64,000 nt of DNA from the NCBI GenBank assembly GCA_027488215.1, contig JAIYCB010000050.1, positions 5,543 through 69,542 on the forward strand. The letters are read 5' to 3'. The stretch's first letter is position 1, and each line of letters opens with the position of its first letter. A model generated the notes under the pieces. That model made no database searches, was not told the DNA's origin, and was given only the letters and a program-made list of their open reading frames with translations. Both the position numbers and the translations under genes were made by a program. Of the stretch, positions 48,135 through 58,337 are shown piece by piece. Source of the stretch: Comamonadaceae bacterium (GTDB lineage: Bacteria; Pseudomonadota; Gammaproteobacteria; Burkholderiales; Burkholderiaceae_C).

Positions 48135-49181
48135 TCAACGTTTTTGAAGTACCGTCAGTGCTAGCTCCAGGCCCGAGACGAACGCGTCTTCGGCCCGGTG
48201 ACCCAGGCACCAGTCGCCGCACAGGCCAATGCCCTGATCCTTGAACCACAGATGGCTTTGGCCCAGCGGTTGTGCAGTTTTGGCGTACAGCCAGCGGTGC
48301 ACTTCGATGTGGGCGGGCGTGGCGCGAATGCCGGTGATCTCGGCAAAGGCTTTGATCAGTTTGCCGGTGATGCGCTCGGGAGAGTCATTGACGTGTTCGG
48401 CCGACCAAGGCGCACTCGCCTGCACGGTCCAACGTTCAATGCGTTCACGGGCGGGTTTGGAGGATTCTCGAGCCATCCATGCGATCCGATGGTGTGTGCT
48501 GCGGGCGGCGTTCCATTGCGGGCCCAAGGTGATCAGACCTGGCTGCACGGCCTGTGGGTAAGCCAGCATCAGGGTCCAGCAGGGGTCGACGCGGACCTCT
48601 TTGAGAGGGCTGGCCAAAGCACTCAGGCTCGAGGCGTTTAACAAGGCGGCCGCTTGCGCAGGAGGTATGGCCAGGATGATTTTGTCGAAACCGGCATAAA
48701 TGCGCTGACCACCGTCCTCGCTTTCGGTTTGCAGCTGCCAGCCGTTCTTCTTCATGGGGTCCGCCATGATTTGTGTGACCCGGGTTTGCAGCTGCACATT
48801 GCCGTCTTCAACCAAGGGTGCGGCCCAAGCTTTGACCAAGCCATTCATGCCGGGAGTGGCTACCCAGTGACGCTCACCGCCGGGCAGACCGGCTTCGATC
48901 ACGCGACCGTTGGGGTCGAGCACGCGCACTGCGTTGGCGCTCCAGGGTTTGCAAACCCCCGGTGCGGTGGCAATCGCCAGTTCAAAACGCGGATCACGCA
49001 CGGTGAAGTACTGGGCGCCATGGTCAAAGCTGCCAAACGCACTGGCGCGTGTGGACATGCGACCACCCAGTCCCCGACTTTTCTCGAACAGGGTGACGTT
49101 GTGTCCGGCTTGGCGCAAGGTGCGTGCGCATGTGACGCCGGCCATGCCGACACCGATGATGGTAATGTTTTGTGTGGTCAT
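48135..49181 (-). CDS. Renalase-like NAD(P)/FAD-dependent oxidoreductase
   Basis: IGVGMAG, FEKSRGLGGRMSTR, FDHGAQYFT, HRWLYA, CGDWC. Confidence 0.88.
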   Translation of the reverse strand: MTTQNITIIGVGMAGVTCARTLRQAGHNVTLFEKSRGLGGRMSTRASAFGSFDHGAQYFTVRDPRFELAIATAPGVCKPWSANAVRVLDPNGRVIEAGLPGGERHWVATPGMNGLVKAWAAPLVEDGNVQLQTRVTQIMADPMKKNGWQLQTESEDGGQRIYAGFDKIILAIPPAQAAALLNASSLSALASPLKEVRVDPCWTLMLAYPQAVQPGLITLGPQWNAARSTHHRIAWMARESSKPARERIERWTVQASAPWSAEHVNDSPERITGKLIKAFAEITGIRATPAHIEVHRWLYAKTAQPLGQSHLWFKDQGIGLCGDWCLGHRAEDAFVSGLELALTVLQKR

Positions 49182-49258
49182 GGGTTCACTTTATCCCAGA
49201 AACGGGGCCAGAGACTGCATGGGTGGGTTATTCCTGATGCCTTGGGGTCTGGGCATGC

Positions 49259-50197
49259 TCACACATGGTGTAGAGGTCGCAACAGGGCCTCCCGGGTGGC
49301 AGCGCTTTCCAGCTGCATGAGCCACCAGCGCAAGGCTTGACCGGCCGGTGTTTGCTTGCTGTCACGCCAAGCATAGTGGCCAATGTTGGTGCGCGGGTTG
49401 AGTACTTGCTTGACGACCAGCATGCCGCTGTTGATGTAGGGTTGAGCCATCGATGCGGGCAGGAAGCCGCCCCCCAGTCCGCGCAGTTGGGCTTCAAGCT
49501 TGCTTTGCATGTCGGGCACGGTGAACACGTCCTGCCCGCTTTGCAGTCCGATCGTCAGCCCCGAGCCCCGACTGACCGAATCGGCCACAGCCACCGCTCT
49601 GTGTTGTGACAGCAGGGCGTCTGACAGTGGCTCAGCGGCCTTGGCCAATGGGTGATGCGATGCCACCGCAAAAACAAAGGGCACCGGCCCCAGGACGGCG
49701 TGCCGGATGTCGTTTTGCAGACCGGTTACTGGCACCACGCCCAAGGCCAGATCGGCCTGACCCGAAGTCAGGGCGGCCAAGGTGCCCGACAGGGTCTCGT
49801 AGCGCAAGCGAAGTCGGGTGGTGGCCCCCAGACTCATAAAGCTGGCGCAAAGGTCCATTACCACACTGCGCGAGACCACGCTGTCCACCGCCAAAGTGAA
49901 CACGGCCTCCCAGCCCGTGGCCACCCGCCTGACGCGGTTGGCGACGGCGTCCATGTCGTCCAGCAGGCGCGTGGCCTCACGCAGCAATTCGCGGCCTGCT
50001 GCGGTTGGCACGGCTTGGCGGGCGCTGCGGTCGAACAGCAATACATCAAGTGCGTCCTCCAGTTGACGCACCCGGTAGGTCAGGGCGCTGGGCACCAAAT
50101 GTAGGGCGCGGGCCGCAGCTGCAAAGCTGCCTTTTTGGTCGATGGTTTGTAGCATCAGCAGGGCTTCGGGTGTCAGCCAGTCGCGAGGTGTTTGCAT
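49259..50197 (-). CDS. LysR family regulator (YhaJ-like)
   Basis: GSFAAAARALHLVPSALTYRVRQLE HTH, GWE motif; divergent from pirin. Confidence 0.9.
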   Translation of the reverse strand: MQTPRDWLTPEALLMLQTIDQKGSFAAAARALHLVPSALTYRVRQLEDALDVLLFDRSARQAVPTAAGRELLREATRLLDDMDAVANRVRRVATGWEAVFTLAVDSVVSRSVVMDLCASFMSLGATTRLRLRYETLSGTLAALTSGQADLALGVVPVTGLQNDIRHAVLGPVPFVFAVASHHPLAKAAEPLSDALLSQHRAVAVADSVSRGSGLTIGLQSGQDVFTVPDMQSKLEAQLRGLGGGFLPASMAQPYINSGMLVVKQVLNPRTNIGHYAWRDSKQTPAGQALRWWLMQLESAATREALLRPLHHV

Positions 50198-50208
50198 GGT
50201 CTTGGTTT

Positions 50209-50233
50209 CATCGTTCAATTTAATTGAATGATG
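50209..50233. promoter_or_regulatory. LysR operator between regulator and pirin
   Basis: CATCGTTCAA-tttaa-TTGAATGATG, 9/10 inverted repeat containing T-N11-A. Confidence 0.7.
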
Positions 50234-50327
50234 CCAGCAAATCAAGTCAACTTTCAAAAGCGTTTACGGGGCTACAGTGAAGCCTATGCCAAGAGGTAAA
50301 ACTTGGACTTATGAAAGGGGACCACCC

Positions 50328-51041
50328 ATGTTGAACTTCCGAAGATCCAGCGAACGCGGCTATGCCGATCACGGCTGGCTCAAATCGTTTCACAGTTTTT
50401 CTTTCGCGAATTATTTTGATCCGGCCCACATGGGGTGGGGCAACCTGCGCGTCATCAACGAAGACCGCATCGCGCCGGGCACGGGTTTTGGCACACACGG
50501 CCACCGCGACATGGAAATCATCAGCTACGTGCTCTCGGGCAACCTTGCACATCAGGACAGCATGGGCAATGTCAAGGGCATTCCACCCGGGGACGTGCAA
50601 CGCATGAGCGCGGGTAGCGGCGTGCGCCACAGTGAGTTCAACCATGCCAAGGGTGAGCAAACGCACTTTCTGCAGATCTGGATCGAACCCAATGTGACGG
50701 GCATCGATCCCGGCTACGAACAAAAAGCGGTGCCCCAAAGTGCCAAGCGAGGACAGCTTGCGTTGTTGGCAGCGCCCACTGTCGAGGCCCAGACTGTGCC
50801 TCACGCCGTCTCAATCCACGCCGATGCACGCATGTACGCGGGCCTGTTCGATGGTTCTGAAAATGCCACGCTACCGCTGGACCCGGCGCGTAAGGCCTAC
50901 GTGTTTTTGGTGCGTGGTGCGTTGCAGGTCAATGGTCAAACCTTGAATGCTGGCGATGCGGCCTTTCTTGAGGCCGAGTCTTCTTTGGCTTTGAACGAAG
51001 GCCGGGACGCTGAAGTCCTCGTGTTCGATCTGGCCCCCTGA
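50328..51041 (+). CDS. Pirin family protein
   Basis: HSFSFANY, GFGTHGHRDMEIISYV, HQDSMGN, MSAGSGVRHSE, QIWIEP. Confidence 0.94.
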   Translation: MLNFRRSSERGYADHGWLKSFHSFSFANYFDPAHMGWGNLRVINEDRIAPGTGFGTHGHRDMEIISYVLSGNLAHQDSMGNVKGIPPGDVQRMSAGSGVRHSEFNHAKGEQTHFLQIWIEPNVTGIDPGYEQKAVPQSAKRGQLALLAAPTVEAQTVPHAVSIHADARMYAGLFDGSENATLPLDPARKAYVFLVRGALQVNGQTLNAGDAAFLEAESSLALNEGRDAEVLVFDLAP

Positions 51042-51081
51042 TTTTTCCCCCCTCTGTCTTGTTCATTGAAGGAGTTTTCTC

Positions 51082-51615
51082 ATGGCTAAAACGGTTGTTA
51101 TTTACCATTCAGGCTACGGCCACACCCAGCGCGTCGCCCAGTTTGTGGGCCAAGGCGCTAACGCTCAGGTGATCGCCATCGACGCCGACGGCAACATCAC
51201 CGAGGCCGACTGGGCCGTGCTGGACGCCGCAGACGCGATCATTTTCGGCTCGCCCACTTACATGGGCATGGCCTCTTGGCAGTTCAAGAAGTTTGCCGAT
51301 GCCACTTCCAAGCGCTGGTTCTCCAGTGCCTGGAAAGACAAGGTCGCTGGCGGCTTTACCATTTCGGCCAGCCCCAGCGGCGACAAGTTGTCCACCATCC
51401 AATACTTCATCACCTTGGCCATGCAGCAAGGCATGGTGTGGGTGGGGCAGCCCGCCATGAACGACGGCACCATCAACCGAATCGGCTCCAACTCCGGCCT
51501 GATGGCTCAGGTCGGCCCAACCAGTCCGGCCGAGGACATCCCTCAGGGTGACCTGGACACGGCCAAAGCCTATGGCGAACGCGTGGCTGCCATGGCGGCC
51601 AAACTGCGCGGCTGA
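51082..51615 (+). CDS. Flavodoxin-fold NAD(P)H oxidoreductase (WrbA-like)
   Basis: YHSGYGHT, IFGSPTYMG, WKDKVAGGFT. Confidence 0.88.
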   Translation: MAKTVVIYHSGYGHTQRVAQFVGQGANAQVIAIDADGNITEADWAVLDAADAIIFGSPTYMGMASWQFKKFADATSKRWFSSAWKDKVAGGFTISASPSGDKLSTIQYFITLAMQQGMVWVGQPAMNDGTINRIGSNSGLMAQVGPTSPAEDIPQGDLDTAKAYGERVAAMAAKLRG

Positions 51616-51727
51616 TCTCCGGGCGAGCGCCCGATCTCAAGCCAGGGTGATCGCCATCCCCTGGCTTTTTTCTTTATCGGTGTTATCCGACACGCAAAAA
51701 GCCCTGGCACTTGCTACGATCAACAGC

Positions 51728-52423
51728 ATGAAAATCATTTCCATGCTGCCCTGGGCCGATTGGCTGGCGCTGATCACTTTCTTTGGTTTGTGGGTGGGTT
51801 ACGCTTGGTTTGCGCGCATTCGGGGCAAACTGGACAAAAGTCTGATTGCGACCACCAACACGTATCGGCAAAGCTGGATGCTGCAAGCCACGGCGCGCGA
51901 TCCGCGCATGCTCGATGGCCTGATCACCCAGAACCTCTCCCAAACGCCGGCATTTTTCTCATCGACCAGCATCATCATCATCGGTGGTTTGTTTGCGCTG
52001 TTGGGCACGACCAATAAAGCGGCGGAGCTGGTGGGCGAAATTCCCTTTGCCGAGCCCACACCCTTGCTGGTGTTTGAGCTGAAAATTTTGGTCCTCGTGG
52101 GCATTTTTGTTTACGCCTTTTTCCGCTTTTCATGGTCCATGCGTCAATACACCTTCGTGGCGCTGGTCATTGGCGGCATGCCACCGCCTGAATCGTTTGC
52201 CAGCGGGGAGCATGACCGCTTGCACTATGCGCAGCGGGCGGGCAATCTGGTCAGTGCCGCCGCAGAGACATTCAACGATGGTCTTCGAGCGTATTACTTT
52301 TCTTTTGCTGCCATGGCCTGGTTTTTCTCTCCGTTGGCGCTGGTTGTGGCCACGGCGCTGGTGGTGCTGATTTTGTACGGACGCGAGTTTCGCTCGGAGG
52401 TGTTGCAGGTTTTACGAGACTGA
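51728..52423 (+). CDS. DUF599 family membrane protein
   Basis: FFSSTSIIIIGG, YAFFRFSWSMRQY, FNDGLRAYYF; family from memory. Confidence 0.7.
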   Translation: MKIISMLPWADWLALITFFGLWVGYAWFARIRGKLDKSLIATTNTYRQSWMLQATARDPRMLDGLITQNLSQTPAFFSSTSIIIIGGLFALLGTTNKAAELVGEIPFAEPTPLLVFELKILVLVGIFVYAFFRFSWSMRQYTFVALVIGGMPPPESFASGEHDRLHYAQRAGNLVSAAAETFNDGLRAYYFSFAAMAWFFSPLALVVATALVVLILYGREFRSEVLQVLRD

Positions 52424-52471
52424 GCGGGGTGCGCCGGGGCTGCAGGGGGCGACCTTCTACAATGGACGGCT

Positions 52472-55400
52472 ATGTTTGTTCACCTGCGCCTTCACACTGA
52501 GTTTTCTGTCGTTGATGCCACTTGCCGTGTCGACGACGTGGTCAAGTTGGCTGCCAAAGACGCGCAGCCCGCTTTGGCCATCACCGACCTGAACAACTTG
52601 TTTGGTGGTGTCAAGTTCTACAAGGAAGGCCGGGGCAAAGGCGTCAAGCCCATTTTGGGGGCGGAAATCAACCTGGAGGGCCTGGGCGGTGATGGTGGGG
52701 CCACCAGCCGTGTGAGCCTGCTGGTGCAAAACCACCAGGGTTACTTGAATATTTGCGAATTGCTGGCGCGCGCGTGGACCAGAAACGCGGCCAAAGGTGT
52801 GGCGGTGGTCAAGCTGGCCTGGCTCAAGGAGTTGGCCGAGGGCCTGATTTTGTTGTCTGGCGCACAGGCCGGACCGGTCGGGCAGGCTCTCGTACAAGGT
52901 GACAAAGACAAAGCCGCTGATGTGGCCTTGCAGTTGGGTTCGATCTTTCCACACCGTTTTTACCTGGAGCTGCAGCGCGCAGGCCGGCCTGAAGACGAGC
53001 CGCAGGTCGCAGGGGCTGTGGCGTTGGCTGCCCGCTTGCATTTGCCCGTTGTTGCCACGCACCCGGTGCAGTTTCTCTCACCCGAAGATTACGAAGCGCA
53101 TGAGGCACGGGTCTGCATTTCCGAAGGTGAAATTCTGGCCAATCCGCGCCGGGTGCGGCGTTTTACCCGTGAGCAGTATTTCAAGTCGGCCGAACAAATG
53201 TGCGCGCTGTTTGCCGACGTGCCCAGTGCGGTTGCCAACACGCTGGAGATCGCCAAGCGCTGCAACCTGACGCTGGTGCTGGGCAAGCCACAGCTGCCCA
53301 ACTTCCCGATCCCTCCCGTCAACGGCGTGGTCATGTCGGTGGATGATTATTTCCGCCACGTCTCCCACGAGGGCCTCAAAGAGCGCCTGATTCATCTCTA
53401 CCCCGACGAAACCAAACGCGAAGCCGAGCGCCAGCGCTATGTGGATCGGCTGGAGTTCGAGCTGGGCACCATTTTGAAGATGGGCTTTCCGGGCTACTTC
53501 CTGATTGTGGGTGACTTCATCCAGTGGGCCAAGGCCAATGGCTGCCCAGTGGGGCCAGGCCGGGGTTCGGGCGCGGGTTCGCTGGTGGCCTATGCGCTCA
53601 TGATCACCGACCTCGATCCGCTGCAATACAGCTTGCTGTTTGAGCGATTTTTGAACCCTGAGCGGGTGTCCATGCCCGACTTCGACATCGACTTTTGCCA
53701 AGGCAACCGCGACCGCGTGATCGACTACGTGAAGGACAAGTACGGCCGCGATGCGGTGTCGCAGATCGCCACCTTCGGCACCATGGCCGCGCGTGCGGCC
53801 ATTCGTGATGTGGGCCGTGTACTGGACATGAGCTACACCTTTTGCGACGGCATCAGCAAACTCATTCCCAACAAGCCGGGCATGTCGGTCACGCTGCAAT
53901 ACCCGCCGGCCACGCCCAAGGAAGGCGACAAGAACAACTACGCGATTGCCATGGAGCCCATGTTGGCCGAGCGCATCGAGCGCGAAGAGGATGTGAGGAC
54001 CTTGATCGAGCTGGCGCAAAAGCTCGAAGGCATGACCCGCAACATCGGCATGCACGCCGGGGGTGTGCTCATCGCCCCAGGCAAGCTGACCGACTTTTGC
54101 CCGCTCTACCAGCAGCCGGGCAGCGAATCGGCGGTGAGCCAATACGACAAGGACGACGTGGAGTCCGCTGGGCTGGTGAAGTTCGACTTTTTGGGCCTGG
54201 CCACGCTCACCATTTTGGAGATCGCCCGCGAGTTCATCATGAAGCGGCACAAGGGCCAGGAAAACTTCGCCTTTGAGAACATCCCGCTCGACGATGCCGC
54301 CACCTACAAGCTGTTCTCGGACGGCAAGACCGAGGCTGTGTTCCAGTTTGAAAGTCGCGGCATGCAGGGCATGCTGCGCGATGCGCGCCCGAGCCGCCTG
54401 GAAGACCTGATTGCCTTGAACGCTTTGTACCGTCCGGGCCCGATGGACCTGATCCCCAGCTTTGTGGCCCGCAAGCACGGGCGCGAAGAGGTGGAGTACC
54501 CGCACCCGGCTGTGGCCGAGATGCTGAGCGAGACCTACGGCATCATGGTGTACCAGGAGCAAGTGATGCAGACCGCGCAGATTCTGGGCGGTTACTCGCT
54601 CGGTGGTGCCGACTTGCTGCGCCGCGCCATGGGCAAAAAGAAGACCGAAGAAATGGCCGAGCACCGGGTGAAGTTTCGCGAGGGTGCTTTCAAAACCCAT
54701 CACATACCCGAGGCAAAAGCGGATGAAATCTTTGATTTGATGGAGCGCTTCGCAGGCTACGGCTTCAACAAGTCTCACGCCGCGGCGTATTCCCTGCTGG
54801 CTTACCACACCGGCTGGCTCAAGGTGCACTACACCGCCGAGTTCTTTTGCGCCAACATGACGGTGGAAATGGACGACACCGACAAACTCAAGGTGCTTTA
54901 CGAAGACGCCCTGAAGTTCGGTATCACCTTTGACCCACCTGACGTGAACCGGGGTACGCACCGCTTCGAGCCCGTCACCGACAAGGTCATCCGTTACGGC
55001 TTGGGGGCCATCAAGGGTACAGGCCAGCAAGCCATCGAAGCCATTGTGGCGGCTCGCAACGAAGGCGGCCCCTTCACCAGCTTGTTCGACTTTGCGGTGC
55101 GTGTGGACCGCACCCGCATCAACAAACGAACGGTCGATGCGCTCATCAAGGCTGGGGCCTTTGACTCACTGCAGATGAACCGTGCTGCGTTGTCGGCCAG
55201 CATCGATAAGGCTTTTGAGTTTGCCAGCGCCTCAGCCGCCAACGCCAACCAAGGCGGTCTGTTTGACATGCTGGGCGATGACTCGCACGGATCGAGTACG
55301 CAAGAGCCCGAATTGGTCGATGTGCTGCCCTGGGGCATTAAAGAGCGTTTGCTGCTCGAAAAAACGGCCATAGGCTTTTACCTTTCAGGCCACTTGTTTG

Positions 55401-55999
55401 ACGCGGTTGAACGCGAAGTCCGCCAGTTTGCACGCCGCAAGATCGACGACCTGATCGACAGCCGAGAGTCCATGGTGTTGGCGGGCATCGTGAGTGATCT
55501 GCGCATCATCAACGGCCAGCGTGGCAAGGTGGCCATCTTCAAGCTCGACGACAAATCGGGGGTGATGGAAGCCACAGCTGACGAAGCAATGATCAACTCT
55601 GCTAAGAATTTACTGAAAGACGATGAACTCATCATCGTCTCGGCCAAGATGCAGACTGACCGCTTCTCAGGGGGCTTTCGCCTCAAGATCGAGCAGATCA
55701 TGGACTTGGGTACCGCCCGCTGCCGCTATGGCAAATACCTGCGTGTGGTCGTGAACGGCCGTGCGCCTGACATCGCCCGCCTGGTGCGCGAATTTCCTGC
55801 GCAACGCGAGCATACCGACCACGGCGACTTGGTCCGCGGCTTGCCTGTGCGCCTGGTCATGGAGCGGCGCAAACAAGACTTGGCTGCCCGCGCCGAGTTG
55901 GCGCTGGGTGAAGCTGCCAAATTTTTCCCGACAGACGCTGCTCTGGCCAGTTGGATGGCGCAGGCCGATCAGGGACAGGCGCGGATTGTCTACGACTGA
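52472..55999 (+). CDS. dnaE: DNA polymerase III alpha subunit
   Basis: HLRLHTEFS PHP, GPGRGSGAGS, MPDFDIDF, KFDFLGL, FAGYGFNKSH. Confidence 0.98.
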   Translation: MFVHLRLHTEFSVVDATCRVDDVVKLAAKDAQPALAITDLNNLFGGVKFYKEGRGKGVKPILGAEINLEGLGGDGGATSRVSLLVQNHQGYLNICELLARAWTRNAAKGVAVVKLAWLKELAEGLILLSGAQAGPVGQALVQGDKDKAADVALQLGSIFPHRFYLELQRAGRPEDEPQVAGAVALAARLHLPVVATHPVQFLSPEDYEAHEARVCISEGEILANPRRVRRFTREQYFKSAEQMCALFADVPSAVANTLEIAKRCNLTLVLGKPQLPNFPIPPVNGVVMSVDDYFRHVSHEGLKERLIHLYPDETKREAERQRYVDRLEFELGTILKMGFPGYFLIVGDFIQWAKANGCPVGPGRGSGAGSLVAYALMITDLDPLQYSLLFERFLNPERVSMPDFDIDFCQGNRDRVIDYVKDKYGRDAVSQIATFGTMAARAAIRDVGRVLDMSYTFCDGISKLIPNKPGMSVTLQYPPATPKEGDKNNYAIAMEPMLAERIEREEDVRTLIELAQKLEGMTRNIGMHAGGVLIAPGKLTDFCPLYQQPGSESAVSQYDKDDVESAGLVKFDFLGLATLTILEIAREFIMKRHKGQENFAFENIPLDDAATYKLFSDGKTEAVFQFESRGMQGMLRDARPSRLEDLIALNALYRPGPMDLIPSFVARKHGREEVEYPHPAVAEMLSETYGIMVYQEQVMQTAQILGGYSLGGADLLRRAMGKKKTEEMAEHRVKFREGAFKTHHIPEAKADEIFDLMERFAGYGFNKSHAAAYSLLAYHTGWLKVHYTAEFFCANMTVEMDDTDKLKVLYEDALKFGITFDPPDVNRGTHRFEPVTDKVIRYGLGAIKGTGQQAIEAIVAARNEGGPFTSLFDFAVRVDRTRINKRTVDALIKAGAFDSLQMNRAALSASIDKAFEFASASAANANQGGLFDMLGDDSHGSSTQEPELVDVLPWGIKERLLLEKTAIGFYLSGHLFDAVEREVRQFARRKIDDLIDSRESMVLAGIVSDLRIINGQRGKVAIFKLDDKSGVMEATADEAMINSAKNLLKDDELIIVSAKMQTDRFSGGFRLKIEQIMDLGTARCRYGKYLRVVVNGRAPDIARLVREFPAQREHTDHGDLVRGLPVRLVMERRKQDLAARAELALGEAAKFFPTDAALASWMAQADQGQARIVYD

Positions 56000-56113
56000 A
56001 GAATCTGATCAGGCTCAGACTGAGCCGCTGGCCGAGTGCAAGGAACCCTCGCGCACGTCAGATTTGGCGATGCTGAGAGACGCTTTGTTGTGCATGCGGA
56101 GTGGCCATGCAGC

Positions 56114-56734
56114 TCAACGTGGGGCCGATGGTCTACCCTGATTGATGGCCGCTGTGCTGCCTTGGCCGATCGATGTGTTGGGTGAATCTGTGACGGTGCT
56201 GCTGGCCGCACTGTTGGCGTTGTTGTTGGCATTGCTCAGGTTGTTGGTGGTTTGGTTCAAGGTGGTATTGCCTGAAATGTTGCCGTAGTTCGCACTGCCA
56301 GAAATCACACCATTGTTGACCATGGGTTTGACAACGGGCGCTCTGGCGGCAGGATTGGTCAGGGTCACGCTGCCGCTTTGACCTTCTTTGCCCGCAGACT
56401 CATAAAGTCGAGCCATCAATTCAGGGTTCCCGGCGATGTTGGCTTCAATGGCGCCTTCCAAAATGGAAGATATGTCGTTCGTCAAAGAGGTGCCCAGCCA
56501 ACCGGGGCTGTTGGCCTGAAGAGAGGCCAGTTGGGCCCTGGTGCAGCTGGGGGCATTCAATTGCAGCCATTTTTCTGCCAAGACTGCTCGCAGCTCTGGA
56601 TTGTGGGTTTTCAATGCCAAAGACTTGAAATGGGCCACAAAACAGCCTGGAGCTTGTGCCCCTTGAGCCAAGGTTTGACCTGAATAAAGACCAAGCCAAG
56701 CAGTGGCAAGCCAGATACCGGCAATTTTCAGCAT
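56114..56734 (-). CDS. Hypothetical secreted protein with N/S/T-rich low-complexity tail
   Basis: Signal-like N-terminus MLKIAGIWLATAWLGL...TLAQ; two Cys; no recognised family. Confidence 0.55.
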   Translation of the reverse strand: MLKIAGIWLATAWLGLYSGQTLAQGAQAPGCFVAHFKSLALKTHNPELRAVLAEKWLQLNAPSCTRAQLASLQANSPGWLGTSLTNDISSILEGAIEANIAGNPELMARLYESAGKEGQSGSVTLTNPAARAPVVKPMVNNGVISGSANYGNISGNTTLNQTTNNLSNANNNANSAASSTVTDSPNTSIGQGSTAAINQGRPSAPR

Positions 56735-56920
56735 GTTGTTTGTCCTGGAACACAAAGAAACTGACCTTTCGGCGAGTCCGATTTTGAATTGACCTGAGTT
56801 GAGCATCGGCAGATCACGACCAAGCTTGACACAACCAGTTCATCATAGTGGAGAAAACCACACACTTATAAAAATCCGATGAGTCAGTGCAACTGATGCA
56901 AACGGATATCCATGATCTTT

Positions 56921-57895
56921 TCAGTCCAGTGGCCTGAACACCAGCTCGATCAACGGTGGTACCCGGCCGTCGGTGTCTTTGGGCAGGATTTCTGTTTTGT
57001 CGACGGCCCGGAGCACGGCATCGTCCCAAGCCTTGTTGCCGCTGGACTGCTTGATGCGCCGGCTGGTGATGGTGCCATCGGGTGCGACGCGGACTTCCAC
57101 TTCGGCGCGTGGGTTACCCGTCACGTCACCCGAGTAAGCGATATTGGGTTTGATACGACCCACCAGGCGACCTGCATAACTGGCCGAGGGGCCTGATGAT
57201 TTGAGCGCAGTGCCTGTGGCGTTCGGGCTGCCTGATGCCCCCGCCATGCCTTGCATCCGCTGAAGATTTTCTTGACGCATGGCTTGTGCGTTGGCTTCGT
57301 CAGCTTTTTCCTGCGCCTCCTGTCGGGCTTTTTCTTGCTGGCGCTTATTCTCTTCGACCTTGGCCTTTTCAGCGGCTTTTTTCTTATCCAGTTCTTTCTT
57401 CTCTTGGGCGACTTTTTCTTGAGCAGCCTTGTCCTTGAGGGCCTTTTCTTTGGCAGCCTTGTCCTTCGCAGCCTTTTCTTCCGCTTCTTTTTTCTTCTTT
57501 TCCAGGGCCTTGCGCTGGCGTTCAGCTGCTTCCTGTTTCTTCTTGTCTTCTTCCTTTTTCTTTTCGAGCGCAATTTGGGCATCGCGCAGGCTGTTGTCAG
57601 GCTCGGGTTCTGGTGTGGGCCGGGGTGTCACGGATTTTGGGGGAGGCTCCGGCTTGGGTTCCGGATCGGGCGGCGGCGGCGGGGGTTCTTGCAGTTTGGG
57701 GGCCGCAGCTTGGGGTACAGCCGACCACAACTCGGCCTCTGCTTGCAGGGTTTGAGGTTGAGTTTTCCAGGCGGTGGCCAGACCCAATGCGATGAACAAC
57801 ACCAAGTGCGCTGCACCCGCCACCAGCCAGGCGCGACCCTCGCCGGGAGAGGCGGGGGGGGCAAACTCCAGGTGGGGGGCAGGCTTGGCGCTCAC
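56921..57895 (-). CDS. tolA: Cell envelope integrity protein TolA
   Basis: Single TM, Pro-rich linker, K/E/A-rich helical repeats, TonB-C-like domain SSGNKAWDDAVLRAV. Confidence 0.9.
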   Translation of the reverse strand: MSAKPAPHLEFAPPASPGEGRAWLVAGAAHLVLFIALGLATAWKTQPQTLQAEAELWSAVPQAAAPKLQEPPPPPPDPEPKPEPPPKSVTPRPTPEPEPDNSLRDAQIALEKKKEEDKKKQEAAERQRKALEKKKKEAEEKAAKDKAAKEKALKDKAAQEKVAQEKKELDKKKAAEKAKVEENKRQQEKARQEAQEKADEANAQAMRQENLQRMQGMAGASGSPNATGTALKSSGPSASYAGRLVGRIKPNIAYSGDVTGNPRAEVEVRVAPDGTITSRRIKQSSGNKAWDDAVLRAVDKTEILPKDTDGRVPPLIELVFRPLD

Positions 57896-57906
57896 AGCAG
57901 GGACTT

Positions 57907-58326
57907 TCAGGGAGCCAGCTGAACGGACAAGCCAACTCGCGCTATCCCAGCACGTTGCAGGCTGTCCATGACCTTGACAACGGTTTCATATTTTACGGAG
58001 CGGTCAGCACTGATGACCACAGCGGTGTTGTCACCGTCGCCCACCAGTCGCTTCACGCTGGCGGCCACGCTTTGCAGCGTAGCACTGTCGGTTTTTCCGT
58101 TGCTCAACAGCTCCAGACGCTCGTCTTTCTGGATCACGACCTGCACCACTTTGTCGGGTTGTTTGGCCGCCTTGCCCACGCTGGGCAGGTCAATCATGCT
58201 TGGCGTGATCATGGGGGCGGTAACCATGAAGATGATCAGAAGGACCAGCATCACGTCGATGAAGGGCACCATGTTGATTTCAGCGATGGTGCGGCGTCCG
58301 CGACCCCGGGATGAAACGGCTGGCAT
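57907..58326 (-). CDS. tolR: TolR/ExbD
   Basis: EINMVPFIDVMLVLLIIFMV, ISADRSVKYETVV. Confidence 0.92.
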   Translation of the reverse strand: MPAVSSRGRGRRTIAEINMVPFIDVMLVLLIIFMVTAPMITPSMIDLPSVGKAAKQPDKVVQVVIQKDERLELLSNGKTDSATLQSVAASVKRLVGDGDNTAVVISADRSVKYETVVKVMDSLQRAGIARVGLSVQLAP

Positions 58327-58337
58327 GGTGAACTCCT

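Noticed and set aside
53078-55030. 650-aa antisense ORF inside dnaE, and similar long shadows (12734-14059, 9534-10556, 14098-15189, 61930-62856, 57251-57922)
   Set aside because: They lie opposite well-supported genes, show no motifs, and are expected from GC-rich codon bias.
52472-55999. Intein or insertion in dnaE
   Set aside because: Length (1175 aa) and continuous motifs fit a normal DnaE; no intein splice motifs were seen.
56012-56026. Perfect palindrome GGCTCAG-a-CTGAGCC after dnaE
   Set aside because: Single copy, no poly-T tail, and no second instance found to support a REP family or operator.
57300-57560. Repetitive K/E/A-coding DNA that looked like a tandem repeat array
   Set aside because: It is the ordinary helical domain II of TolA.
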